Origin: Thermoproteota archaeon
GTDB lineage: Archaea > Korarchaeota > Korarchaeia > Korarchaeales > Korarchaeaceae
NCBI GenBank assembly: GCA_027491915.1
Contig: JAOZGC010000001.1
Coordinates: 64,001 to 128,000 of the forward strand
DNA: 64,000 nt
Reading direction: 5' to 3'
Positions 56,098 to 64,000 of this stretch are shown one piece after another. The notes beneath the pieces were generated by a model. The model was not told the origin of the DNA. It saw only the letters and a program-made list of their open reading frames with translations, and did not search any database. A program made the translations under genes and the position numbers. Within the stretch, counting starts at the first letter, position 1. Each line of letters starts with the position of its first letter.

Positions 56098-57614
56098 CGG
56101 GACCCGGGGCCTCCGCGTTCAACGAGGTCGTGGCCCTGGCCGCCAGGAGGGGTTTCTTCTGGCCCTCCTCCAGGGACCTGTACTCGGACGCTCCGGCCGG
56201 CTTCTGGGTCTACGGCCCCCTGGGCCTCAGGGTGAAGAACAAGATAATCGACATGTGGAGGAGGAGGATACTGGCCAGGGAGGGGGCCCAGGAGATAGAG
56301 ACCCCGAGCGTACTCCCGCTGAAGGTATTCGAGGCATCCGGCCACCTGGAACACTTCTTCGACAGGCTGGTCGAGTGCGGGAGGTGCCACTCGAGGCTCA
56401 GGGCGGACAAGCTCTTGGAGGAGGCCACGGGATCCCAGATCTCCCTCGAAGGACTGTCCGACGAGGAGCTGCACGACCTGCTGGTGGGGCGCGGCGTCAG
56501 GTGCCCCGTGTGCGGGGCGTCCGAGTGGACGGGGATAAGGAGGTTCAACCTCATGTTCACGCTGGCCGTCGGGGCGGAGGCGGAGTCGCCCAACGCGGCC
56601 CTCAGGCCGGAGACCACCCAGGGCAGCGTGGTCGAGTTCAAGAGGACCTTCACGGTGTCCAGGGGGAAGCTCCCCTTCGTGATGGCCCAGGTCGGCCGGG
56701 TCTACAGGAACGAGATCTCCCCCAGGAGGGCCCTCCTGAGGATGAGGGAGTTCCAGCAGCTCGAGGTCCACGTCTTCTTCGACCCGGAGGACACCTCCGC
56801 CTACGAGTCCAAGCTGGCCGAGTTCTCCGGGTACAGGCTCAGGTTCCTCAGGGGGGAGGACAGGGAGACCGGGGAGATAACGGAGATGACCGTGGAGGAG
56901 GCCCTCTCGTCCGGGTACACCGTCAACCCGCTGATAACCTACTGGCTGGCCCTCTATCAGAGGTTCTTCGAGGAACTGGGATTCCCGAGGGACAGGCTGA
57001 GGTACAGGGAGCTCCTGGAGGGGGAGAAGGCTCACTACGCCCTGGTCCACTGGGACCTGGAGGTCTACACCGAGGACCTCGGGTGGGTCGAGCTGGTCAA
57101 CAACGCCTACAGGACGGACTACGACCTCTCCGGGCACTCCAGGGTCAGCGGAGTAGACCTGAGCGTGGACACCCCGAGGGGGAAGGTGCTGCCCCACCTG
57201 TACGAGCCCTCCATAGGAATAGACAGGGTGATCCTGCACCTCCTCCTCCTGTCCTACAGGAGGGACGAGCGGAGGGTGTGGCTCGCCCTCCCCAGGGAGC
57301 TGGCCCCCTACGACGTCGCGGTCTTCCCCCTAGTCAAGAAGGACGGGCTGCCTGAGAGGGCCGTCGAGGTGGCCCGCCGACTCTCCCGGGAGTTCGCCGT
57401 GTTCTACGACGACAAGGGATCGATAGGGAAGAGGTACAGGAGGATGGACGAGGTGGGGACCCCGGCCTGCGTCACCGTTGACCACCGGACCCTGGAAGAT
57501 TCGACCGTGACCATCAGGGACAGGGACACCATGGAGCAGGTCAGGGTCCCGGAGGAGCGCCTCGCGGACTCCCTACGCAGGTTCCTGTCCGGGGCAGATC
57601 TGCGAGAGGCGTGA
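56094..57614 (+). CDS. glyS: Glycine--tRNA ligase (archaeal/eukaryotic alpha2 type)
   Basis: YGPLG, SGH, FNLMF, LRPETTQG, RNEISPR, EPSIGIDR, SIGKRYRRMDEVGTP. Confidence 0.96.
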   Translation: MTGPGASAFNEVVALAARRGFFWPSSRDLYSDAPAGFWVYGPLGLRVKNKIIDMWRRRILAREGAQEIETPSVLPLKVFEASGHLEHFFDRLVECGRCHSRLRADKLLEEATGSQISLEGLSDEELHDLLVGRGVRCPVCGASEWTGIRRFNLMFTLAVGAEAESPNAALRPETTQGSVVEFKRTFTVSRGKLPFVMAQVGRVYRNEISPRRALLRMREFQQLEVHVFFDPEDTSAYESKLAEFSGYRLRFLRGEDRETGEITEMTVEEALSSGYTVNPLITYWLALYQRFFEELGFPRDRLRYRELLEGEKAHYALVHWDLEVYTEDLGWVELVNNAYRTDYDLSGHSRVSGVDLSVDTPRGKVLPHLYEPSIGIDRVILHLLLLSYRRDERRVWLALPRELAPYDVAVFPLVKKDGLPERAVEVARRLSREFAVFYDDKGSIGKRYRRMDEVGTPACVTVDHRTLEDSTVTIRDRDTMEQVRVPEERLADSLRRFLSGADLREA

Positions 57615-58564
57615 GGATGGGACCGGCCGGCAGCGGGAGGAGGGTGGCCGTAGTCCACGGGGACGTCGACGGCATGGTCTGCGCGGCCATCGTCAAGAGG
57701 TGCCTGGGCGGGAACCTGGAGGTGATCTTCTCGGGACCCAGGAGAATAGCCCACACCCTGAGGGAGATCGACGGGCCCGGGGGGGAGCTCATAGTGGCCG
57801 ACATAGGGATAAACGAGGGGACCTGCCCCGGCGTCATCCTGGAGCTCTCCCGCCTCAGGGGGTCCGGGTGGATCCTGGTCTGGGTTGACCACCACATCCC
57901 CCCCGGAGGCTGCTCCGAGCACCTCGGGTCGGTGGCCGACCTGGTGGTGATAAGGAGGGCCCCCAGCGCCGCCTCCCTGCTCCCGGACGTCTTGGGCTGC
58001 GCGGGGGAGGTGGACGACCTGGTCCGCCTGGCCGAAGACGCCGACACCGCCGCCTACTCCCTTCGGGAGGCCAGGCTCCTGAGGGCCGTCTCCGGGATGG
58101 GCCGCCTGAGGTTCAGGGCCGTCGACCAGCTGGCTGAGGCTGGCGGCATCTTCGGGGACCTGCTCGACAGGGCCGAGAGGGGGCTCGCCCGAGAGGAGGC
58201 CCTGATCAGGAAGTGGGCCGCCAGGGCTTCCTTCAGGGTCACCTCGGCCGGTAGGAGGTACGCCCTGGTACTCCTCCCGCGGGGGGGGCCCGGGTCGCTC
58301 ATAGCGCTGGAGCTGAGGTCCACCGGCGTGGCCTTCACCCTGGTGGTGAGGGGAAGCGGCAGCTTCTCCCTCTACTCCGGCGGGGACCGGGAGGTCGACC
58401 TGAGGAAGGTCTGCCGCGAGAGGGGCGGCGGGGGACACCCGTACGCGTGCGGCGGTCCACTCCGGCTGGGACTGATCAAGAGGATCCTGTTCCGCCTCCT
58501 GGGCCCGTGGTACGTCCCGTCGGAGGTCTGGGACCTGGTAGAAGAGGTTGAGGAGGCTTACTGA
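57611..58564 (+). CDS. DHH/DHHA1 phosphoesterase
   Basis: HGDVDG, VADIG, VDHH, GGGHPYACG. Confidence 0.85.
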   Translation: MRMGPAGSGRRVAVVHGDVDGMVCAAIVKRCLGGNLEVIFSGPRRIAHTLREIDGPGGELIVADIGINEGTCPGVILELSRLRGSGWILVWVDHHIPPGGCSEHLGSVADLVVIRRAPSAASLLPDVLGCAGEVDDLVRLAEDADTAAYSLREARLLRAVSGMGRLRFRAVDQLAEAGGIFGDLLDRAERGLAREEALIRKWAARASFRVTSAGRRYALVLLPRGGPGSLIALELRSTGVAFTLVVRGSGSFSLYSGGDREVDLRKVCRERGGGGHPYACGGPLRLGLIKRILFRLLGPWYVPSEVWDLVEEVEEAY

Positions 58565-58595
58565 CATTTTTTAGACAGCAGGACGGCTGCGCCGG

Positions 58596-59732
58596 GTGCG
58601 AGACTTGCACGAGCGGCTCTCCATAAGGGACGTCATGGCCAGGTGTCGGGTCCTGGCCTCGTCCGGTCGTCGGGTCGTCAACGCCCATATAGGGGCGCCC
58701 TCCCACGACCCCCCCGTCGATCCCGCCGACCTGCTCTCCCGCATGGAGGACCTGGCGGCGGAGTACGGGCTGGAGGGCGTCGGCCGCAGGTACACAGACT
58801 TCAGGGGGGTGGAGAGGGTCAGGGAGGCCGCGGCGGACTACGCCCGGAGGTTCTTCGGCAGGTCCGGCGACCCGGATAGGGTGGTGATGACCGCCAGCGG
58901 GGCGCACGCCCTGTTCGTCGTCTTCTCGACCCTCATGGGATCGGAGATACTGGTTCCGAGGCCCGGATTCGCCCTCTACTACCCCCAGATGGAGAGGGCG
59001 GGCGTGGTCCCCAGGTTCTACGATCCGACGGCCGGGGACCTGAGGTCCGAGATACTGGGGGCCCTGGGTCGGTCGACGGGGGCGGTCCTCATCAACTACC
59101 CCCACAACCCGACCGGCCACCAGCCCCCGGCCGGGGAGCTGTCCTCCCTCTGGGAGGACCTGAGGGACAGGGGGGTGATCCTCATCAACGACTTCGTCTA
59201 CCACGAGATATACTACGGGGAGAGACCCCCAGCGGTCGGAGACGTGATACTCGAGTCCTCCTCGAAGAGCCTCGGCCTGCCCGGCATAAGGATCGGGTTC
59301 ATCTACCTCGAGGATCCTAATCTGGCCGTCAGGGTCGGGAGGGCTGTCTACCACACGACGGCCGGAACGGCGGACGTGACCCAGGTGCTGGCGGCGGAGG
59401 AGATGAGGGCGGCCTCCCACGAGTACTTCTCGGCCGTGAGGGCACACTACAGGCCCAAACGAGACGCCCTGGTGTCCGGGCTGAGGGAGCTCGGCTTCGA
59501 GTTCCCGGAACCCCGGGGTGCCTTCTACATATTCGCCAGGCACCCCGCCGTGTCGGACGCCTACGGGCTGGCCGAGAGGCTGCTGGACGAGTCGAGGGAG
59601 GTCTGCGTCGGGGTGGTCCCCGGACCCGAGTTCGGCGGGAGATCTGAGTGGATTAGGCTCAGCTTCGGCTCCCTCACGGATGGGGACGTCGACGCGATGG
59701 TCCGGGAGCTGAGGTCGGAGGTGATCGGGTGA
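58596..59732 (+). CDS. PLP-dependent aminotransferase class I/II
   Basis: NYPHNPTG, DFVY, SSSKSLGLPGIRIG, GAFYIF, IRLSF. Confidence 0.92.
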   Translation: MRDLHERLSIRDVMARCRVLASSGRRVVNAHIGAPSHDPPVDPADLLSRMEDLAAEYGLEGVGRRYTDFRGVERVREAAADYARRFFGRSGDPDRVVMTASGAHALFVVFSTLMGSEILVPRPGFALYYPQMERAGVVPRFYDPTAGDLRSEILGALGRSTGAVLINYPHNPTGHQPPAGELSSLWEDLRDRGVILINDFVYHEIYYGERPPAVGDVILESSSKSLGLPGIRIGFIYLEDPNLAVRVGRAVYHTTAGTADVTQVLAAEEMRAASHEYFSAVRAHYRPKRDALVSGLRELGFEFPEPRGAFYIFARHPAVSDAYGLAERLLDESREVCVGVVPGPEFGGRSEWIRLSFGSLTDGDVDAMVRELRSEVIG

Positions 59733-60430
59733 TGGGCGAGATGTCCGGCAGGGTGGGCGTGGTGACCGGCGCCGGGCGCGGCATAGGGAGGGCTATAGCC
59801 GTGAAGCTCTCCTCCATGGGCGCCTCGACGGTCCTCGTCTCCAGAACGGAATCCGAGCTCGAGGAGACGGCGGCCCTGTGCGAGGAGGTTGGGGGGAGGC
59901 CTCAGATACTACCGGGGGATGTGAGAGACCCGTCAACGGCCAAGGAGGCCGTCTCGATGGCCTTGGACTCTGGGGGGATAGACTTCCTGGTGAACAACGC
60001 GGGCGTGGCCCACGTCGGCAGGGTTTGGGAGATCGACCCGGGGCTGGCCGAGGAGATGGTCGAGGTCAACCTGATGGGCGCCTTCTACATGATGAGGGAG
60101 GCGATCCCCCACATGCTGGAGAGGGGCCGGGGGGACGTGGTCAACGTGATATCCCAGCTGGGCAAGTGGACGGCCCCCGGGTGGGGCATGTACTCGGCCT
60201 CCAAGCACGCCCTCGCCGCCCTGACCGCCACCCTGAGGGAGGAGCTGGCCGGGACCGGGGTCAGGGTCGTGGGGGTGTACCCGGGGGCCGTGGACACCCC
60301 CCTGCTCAGGAGGCTGGGCAGGACCAGGCCCGGCATCCTCTCCCCGGACGACGTCGCCGACGCGGTCGCCTTCGTCCTCAGCAGGAGGGCCGGGGTTATG
60401 ATATACGACGTCACCATACTTCCCGGGTGA
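59729..60430 (+). CDS. Short-chain dehydrogenase/reductase
   Basis: TGAGRGIG, NNAG, YSASK, PGAVDT. Confidence 0.93.
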   Translation: MMGEMSGRVGVVTGAGRGIGRAIAVKLSSMGASTVLVSRTESELEETAALCEEVGGRPQILPGDVRDPSTAKEAVSMALDSGGIDFLVNNAGVAHVGRVWEIDPGLAEEMVEVNLMGAFYMMREAIPHMLERGRGDVVNVISQLGKWTAPGWGMYSASKHALAALTATLREELAGTGVRVVGVYPGAVDTPLLRRLGRTRPGILSPDDVADAVAFVLSRRAGVMIYDVTILPG

Positions 60431-60434
60431 GCGG

Positions 60435-61016
60435 GTGGACCTCTTAGAGGTGCTCGCCAGGAGGAGGTCGGTCAGGTCCTACCTGCCGGATCCCCCGGAC
60501 GAGGGGGACCTGAACCTGATCCTCGAGGCGGCCTCAACCGCCCCGTCGGCAGGCGACCTCCAGGCCTACGTCTGCGTGGTGGTCAGGAGGCGAGAATCCC
60601 TAAGGAGACTGGCCGATGCCTGTTACGGCCAGGATTTCGTCGCCGAGGCGCCGGCGGCGCTGGTGTTCCTGGCGGATCCGGACAGGTCCGCCCGGAGGTA
60701 CGGCAGCAGGGGGAGGAACTTGTACTGCGTTCAGGACGCTACAATAGCCGCGTCCTACGCCCAGCTCGCCGCCGAGGACCTGGGCTACGGGAGCTGCTGG
60801 GTGGGCGCCTTCGACGACCGGTCCGTGCGGGGCGCGGTCGGGGCGGGGAGGGAGCTGATCCCCATAGCCGTGATTCCCCTGGGGAGGCCGGCTGAGATCC
60901 CGGAGGTCACCCCCAGGAGGCCTATCCCGGAGGTGTTCAGGCTGGAGGACGTAGGGACCCCTTTCCCGCATCGACCCGTCAGGAGGGATCTCCTCAGACC
61001 CGCTGCCCGTTTTTAA
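60435..61016 (+). CDS. Nitroreductase family protein
   Basis: RRSVRSY, APSAGDLQ, LGYGSCWVGAF. Confidence 0.92.
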   Translation: MDLLEVLARRRSVRSYLPDPPDEGDLNLILEAASTAPSAGDLQAYVCVVVRRRESLRRLADACYGQDFVAEAPAALVFLADPDRSARRYGSRGRNLYCVQDATIAASYAQLAAEDLGYGSCWVGAFDDRSVRGAVGAGRELIPIAVIPLGRPAEIPEVTPRRPIPEVFRLEDVGTPFPHRPVRRDLLRPAARF

Positions 61017-61040
61017 TAGAATTCCGCCCCCGGTGATCCC

Positions 61041-61397
61041 ATGCCGACGCCGCCTGCCGCGGGCGCGGTGAGACTCGTCGTGGGATTCTTGATTAACGCG
61101 CTGGTGCTCTGGATTGCCCAGAAGGCCGTCCTGCCGTCTGACAAGGAGAAAGGCCTGCTCTCTGTGGCAGCGCTGGCCCTGCTGGGATCGGTGGTCAGCT
61201 GGTTCCTGTCTGCGGTCATCCCCTTCTGGCTCCTCTACGAGCTGGTCTACCTGGCGGTCTGGATCTGGATGATAGCCAAGTGGTTCGACGTTGGATACGT
61301 CCTGGCGGCCGCCATAGCCTTCGTGGCCTGGCTGGTGCACCTGGCGGTGGGCCTGGTCATAGGCGCCGTGAAGCTGGCGGCGTCCGTGCTGCCGTGA
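61041..61397 (+). CDS. Small 4-TM hypothetical membrane protein
   Basis: Four hydrophobic segments; ATG about 25 nt after TTTTTAATA. Confidence 0.7.
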   Translation: MPTPPAAGAVRLVVGFLINALVLWIAQKAVLPSDKEKGLLSVAALALLGSVVSWFLSAVIPFWLLYELVYLAVWIWMIAKWFDVGYVLAAAIAFVAWLVHLAVGLVIGAVKLAASVLP

Positions 61398-61445
61398 CCG
61401 AGCGGAAGACGCTTCGCCGGGGAGGTGGTGTTAGTGGTGGTCGAG

Positions 61446-63287
61446 ATGGCCTCGGGTTCCCGCGGGGGCCGCCTGCTGGTTGGCCTGGCGGCGGTCCTGG
61501 CTTTCCTGGCGGTAGCCCCCGCGGTTCCGACCCTGTCCGAGGAGCAGGGGTACCCGCCGGGGGAGCCGATATCGGGGATCTACTACCCGAGGATAGTTGC
61601 GCCGGCCATCGTGGCCCCGGGATCGAGCTTCCAGGCGTGGGTGTCCGGGGAGGGGATAACCCCATCCTCGGCCGTCCTCGTGCCGACCTCGCCCCTGGCC
61701 GGGGAGGTGGAGCTCCAGATAGGCGGCGTTGAGAGCCGAGGCGGGCTGACCAGGGTGACGCTGTCCGTGCCGGAGGACGCCGCCCTCGGACTCTACGGCC
61801 TCCGCCTCGAGACCCCCAGCGGGACCCTCTCGGAGCCGAGGTCCGTGGCCGTAGTGAACCAGTCGAAGGGATCCCTCCTGGTGGCCCAGATCACCGACTC
61901 CCACATGTCTTTCCAGGGAATAAGGAGGAGGGCCATAGGAACTTTCCTCAGGTCCCTGCAGGCCGCCGAGGCCATGGGGGCCGACGTGATCCTCCTGACC
62001 GGGGACATCCTAGACGCCAACGCGGCCAGGCCGGAGTACGAGTGGTTCAGGAATCTCCTCTCCGAGGAGGGACCGGACGTTCCCATCCTGTTCGTCCTGG
62101 GGAACAGCGAGGACTACAGGGAGAGGAAGAAGCCGCTGAACCTCATCTACCTGACCCCCAGGAACTACACCGCCAGGTACGGACCCGTCGAGTTCTTCGT
62201 CTGGAACACCGACACCGGGAAGCCGGACGAGGTGCAGCCGGGGTGGAGGGACTGGCTGGACTCCGTCACGGCGGCCTCGGACGCCCCCACCAAGGTCATA
62301 CTCCAGCACTACCCGTTCGTGTCGGAGGACTTCGGTCCCAGGGACGACGAGCTCGACATATGTGGGAGGAACGGGGTCGACGCCATCATAACGGGCCACT
62401 GGCACAGCGAGTTCCTGCTGACGAACCAGAGTCCCATCCTCGTCGTCACAGTCGCCACGGAGCCCTTCGCCAGGAAGGTGCCCGGTGGGGGTAGGAGGTA
62501 CGTCGGCTTCAGGATCATGAGGATGGACGCCGAGGGGGTCCACCTGGAGCCGGACCCGGTCAACGCCCCCGGGTTCGACGCCTCCATCCCCCTGGCCAAC
62601 CTGTCCTACGAGTACCTCTCGGACGCCCTGGGGTCCAGCCCGGCCGTCAGGATAAGCGTCAGGAACGGACTCATCTTCCCGCTGACCTTCCGCCCGACCT
62701 TCCTCCTCAGGGGGATCGGGTCGCCCCTGGAGGTCTCGGGCCATCCGGCCGAGATGTCTTACCTGGAGGCGCCGGACGGGACCCTGGTGGTATCCCTGAA
62801 CTTCACCGCCGAGCCGGGGGAGGCCTTCAACATCACGGTCTCCCCGGAGGGATACTCCGACGATTCTCCGCCAGAGTTGTCGCTGCAGGGCCCCTCGGAG
62901 TTCAAGCCCGGCGAGAAGAACGTCGTCCTGATAGACGTGAGCGACGTGGGACTTGGGGTCTCCGAAGTCAGGGTTCAGGCCAGCGCCGACAACAGGACGT
63001 GGACCGACGTCGAGGTCGAGAAGCTCTACTTTTACAAGGGGAGGGGGAGGTATATGGCCATGGTCCCAGCCCCGGAGGGTTCCTCCGGGATGTACGTGAG
63101 GGCGACCGCGGAGGACGCCGCGGGGAACTCCGCCGAGGCCAGCGCCGTCCTGGGCAGCCCCTCTGCGCCGGCTCCTGCCCAGCCCGCCCGGACGCAGGGC
63201 CAGGGCGGGGTCGACCTCATCCCGGTCGTGGCGGTGGCCGCCGTCCTGGCCGCCGCCCTGGTGGTCGCCTTGGCGAGGAGGAGGTGA
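61446..63287 (+). CDS. Secreted, TM-anchored calcineurin-like metallophosphoesterase
   Basis: Signal peptide; TDSH, TGDILD, GNSE, QHYP, GHWH; C-terminal TM plus RRR; ORF track start 61425. Confidence 0.82.
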   Translation: MASGSRGGRLLVGLAAVLAFLAVAPAVPTLSEEQGYPPGEPISGIYYPRIVAPAIVAPGSSFQAWVSGEGITPSSAVLVPTSPLAGEVELQIGGVESRGGLTRVTLSVPEDAALGLYGLRLETPSGTLSEPRSVAVVNQSKGSLLVAQITDSHMSFQGIRRRAIGTFLRSLQAAEAMGADVILLTGDILDANAARPEYEWFRNLLSEEGPDVPILFVLGNSEDYRERKKPLNLIYLTPRNYTARYGPVEFFVWNTDTGKPDEVQPGWRDWLDSVTAASDAPTKVILQHYPFVSEDFGPRDDELDICGRNGVDAIITGHWHSEFLLTNQSPILVVTVATEPFARKVPGGGRRYVGFRIMRMDAEGVHLEPDPVNAPGFDASIPLANLSYEYLSDALGSSPAVRISVRNGLIFPLTFRPTFLLRGIGSPLEVSGHPAEMSYLEAPDGTLVVSLNFTAEPGEAFNITVSPEGYSDDSPPELSLQGPSEFKPGEKNVVLIDVSDVGLGVSEVRVQASADNRTWTDVEVEKLYFYKGRGRYMAMVPAPEGSSGMYVRATAEDAAGNSAEASAVLGSPSAPAPAQPARTQGQGGVDLIPVVAVAAVLAAALVVALARRR

Positions 63288-63341
63288 ACCCGCCGGGCGA
63301 CCATTTTTATTATTCCGCCCCCGGTGGGATCAGGTGATCCC

Positions 63342-64000
63342 TTGAGGATCCCGAAGTACGCGCTGTTGGTGGTGCCGCTGGCGGTACTCTTCGTCCTACC
63401 AGCCTTCTCCGCGATCTCCGCGCAGCAGCAGAAGGTGATAGCCCTTGACCTGACCGAGGGCAGGCCGAAGGATCCGGGCCACGAGACCGCCTGGATCCCC
63501 GCGATAGAGGGCAACCTGACCCAGGCCGGCTATAGGGTGATCGAGATAACCGACGGTATAACCCCGGAGAAGCTCCAGGGGGTCGACGCCCTTGTGGTCC
63601 CCAAGCTCTACAACGCCCAGTCCGTCTACTCGAACGCCGAGATTCGGGCCATAGCCGACTGGTTCAAGGAGGGCGACAAGTTCCTCTGGATAGGGGCGGA
63701 CAGCGACTGGGTCGAGGACTACCTGAAGGACACCGGCTGCGGGTTCAAGACCGTGAACCCGAACAAGATCCTGGAGGCCGTGGGCTCTCACCTGAGGCTG
63801 GATCCCTGCAGCATAGAGGACCCGGAGACCAACGCTGGGGCGCCCTACAGGGTTGTGTCGAACCACACCAACAAGCAGCCGTGGGCCTCCGAGATAACCC
63901 AGGGCGTGACCCAGGTCCTGTTCCACGGGCCGACCCACGTGATCGGGTATAAGGACGGACAGTACGTCCCGCTCGATCAGGTCCTGGGCGACAACCTCAT
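63342..64000 (+). CDS. Partial (3'-truncated) secreted protein, GATase-like/DUF4350-like domain
   Basis: Read manually from TTG 63342: MRIPKYALLVVPLAVLFVLPAFSA signal, ITPEKLQGVDALVVP, EIRAIADWF...LWIGADSD; no stop seen before the window end. Confidence 0.7.
   Translation, partial: MRIPKYALLVVPLAVLFVLPAFSAISAQQQKVIALDLTEGRPKDPGHETAWIPAIEGNLTQAGYRVIEITDGITPEKLQGVDALVVPKLYNAQSVYSNAEIRAIADWFKEGDKFLWIGADSDWVEDYLKDTGCGFKTVNPNKILEAVGSHLRLDPCSIEDPETNAGAPYRVVSNHTNKQPWASEITQGVTQVLFHGPTHVIGYKDGQYVPLDQVLGDNL

Overview
High-GC (by eye roughly two-thirds G+C), gene-dense archaeal chromosome segment. It has AGG/ATA-rich codons, TATA-like promoters, deoxyhypusine synthase, SUI1, Sec61-beta, an ATP-dependent ligase, an archaeal-type GlyRS and an intron-containing tRNA-Lys(UUU). 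Smc-ScpAB together with an FtsZ/tubulin-family paralog in this setting suggests a Korarchaeota-like hyperthermophile, which is inference only. Most of the window is housekeeping: a dpp/opp peptide ABC operon, peptidases, two ADP-forming acyl-CoA synthetase alpha subunits, lipid-carrier genes, a MacB-type ABC system and surface proteins. I saw no CRISPR array, integrase or transposase. The outstanding locus is 25311-33358. It contains an unusually short (787 aa) Smc with about half-length arms and a degenerate hinge glycine motif, ScpA, ScpB, two uncharacterised helical/coiled-coil proteins (one with a Cys-less thioredoxin-like head) and a CetZ/tubulin-like GTPase with a long helical C-tail. 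This is a candidate condensin-to-cytoskeleton module. A membrane-anchored protein at the window start shares a short C-terminal motif with one of those coiled-coil proteins. Other oddities are a multi-hairpin putative structured RNA downstream of DNA ligase, a RidA with transmembrane helices, probable CTG starts, and a near-identical 105-bp segment shared by dppD and dppF. All annotations come from motif recognition by eye; no database search was run.
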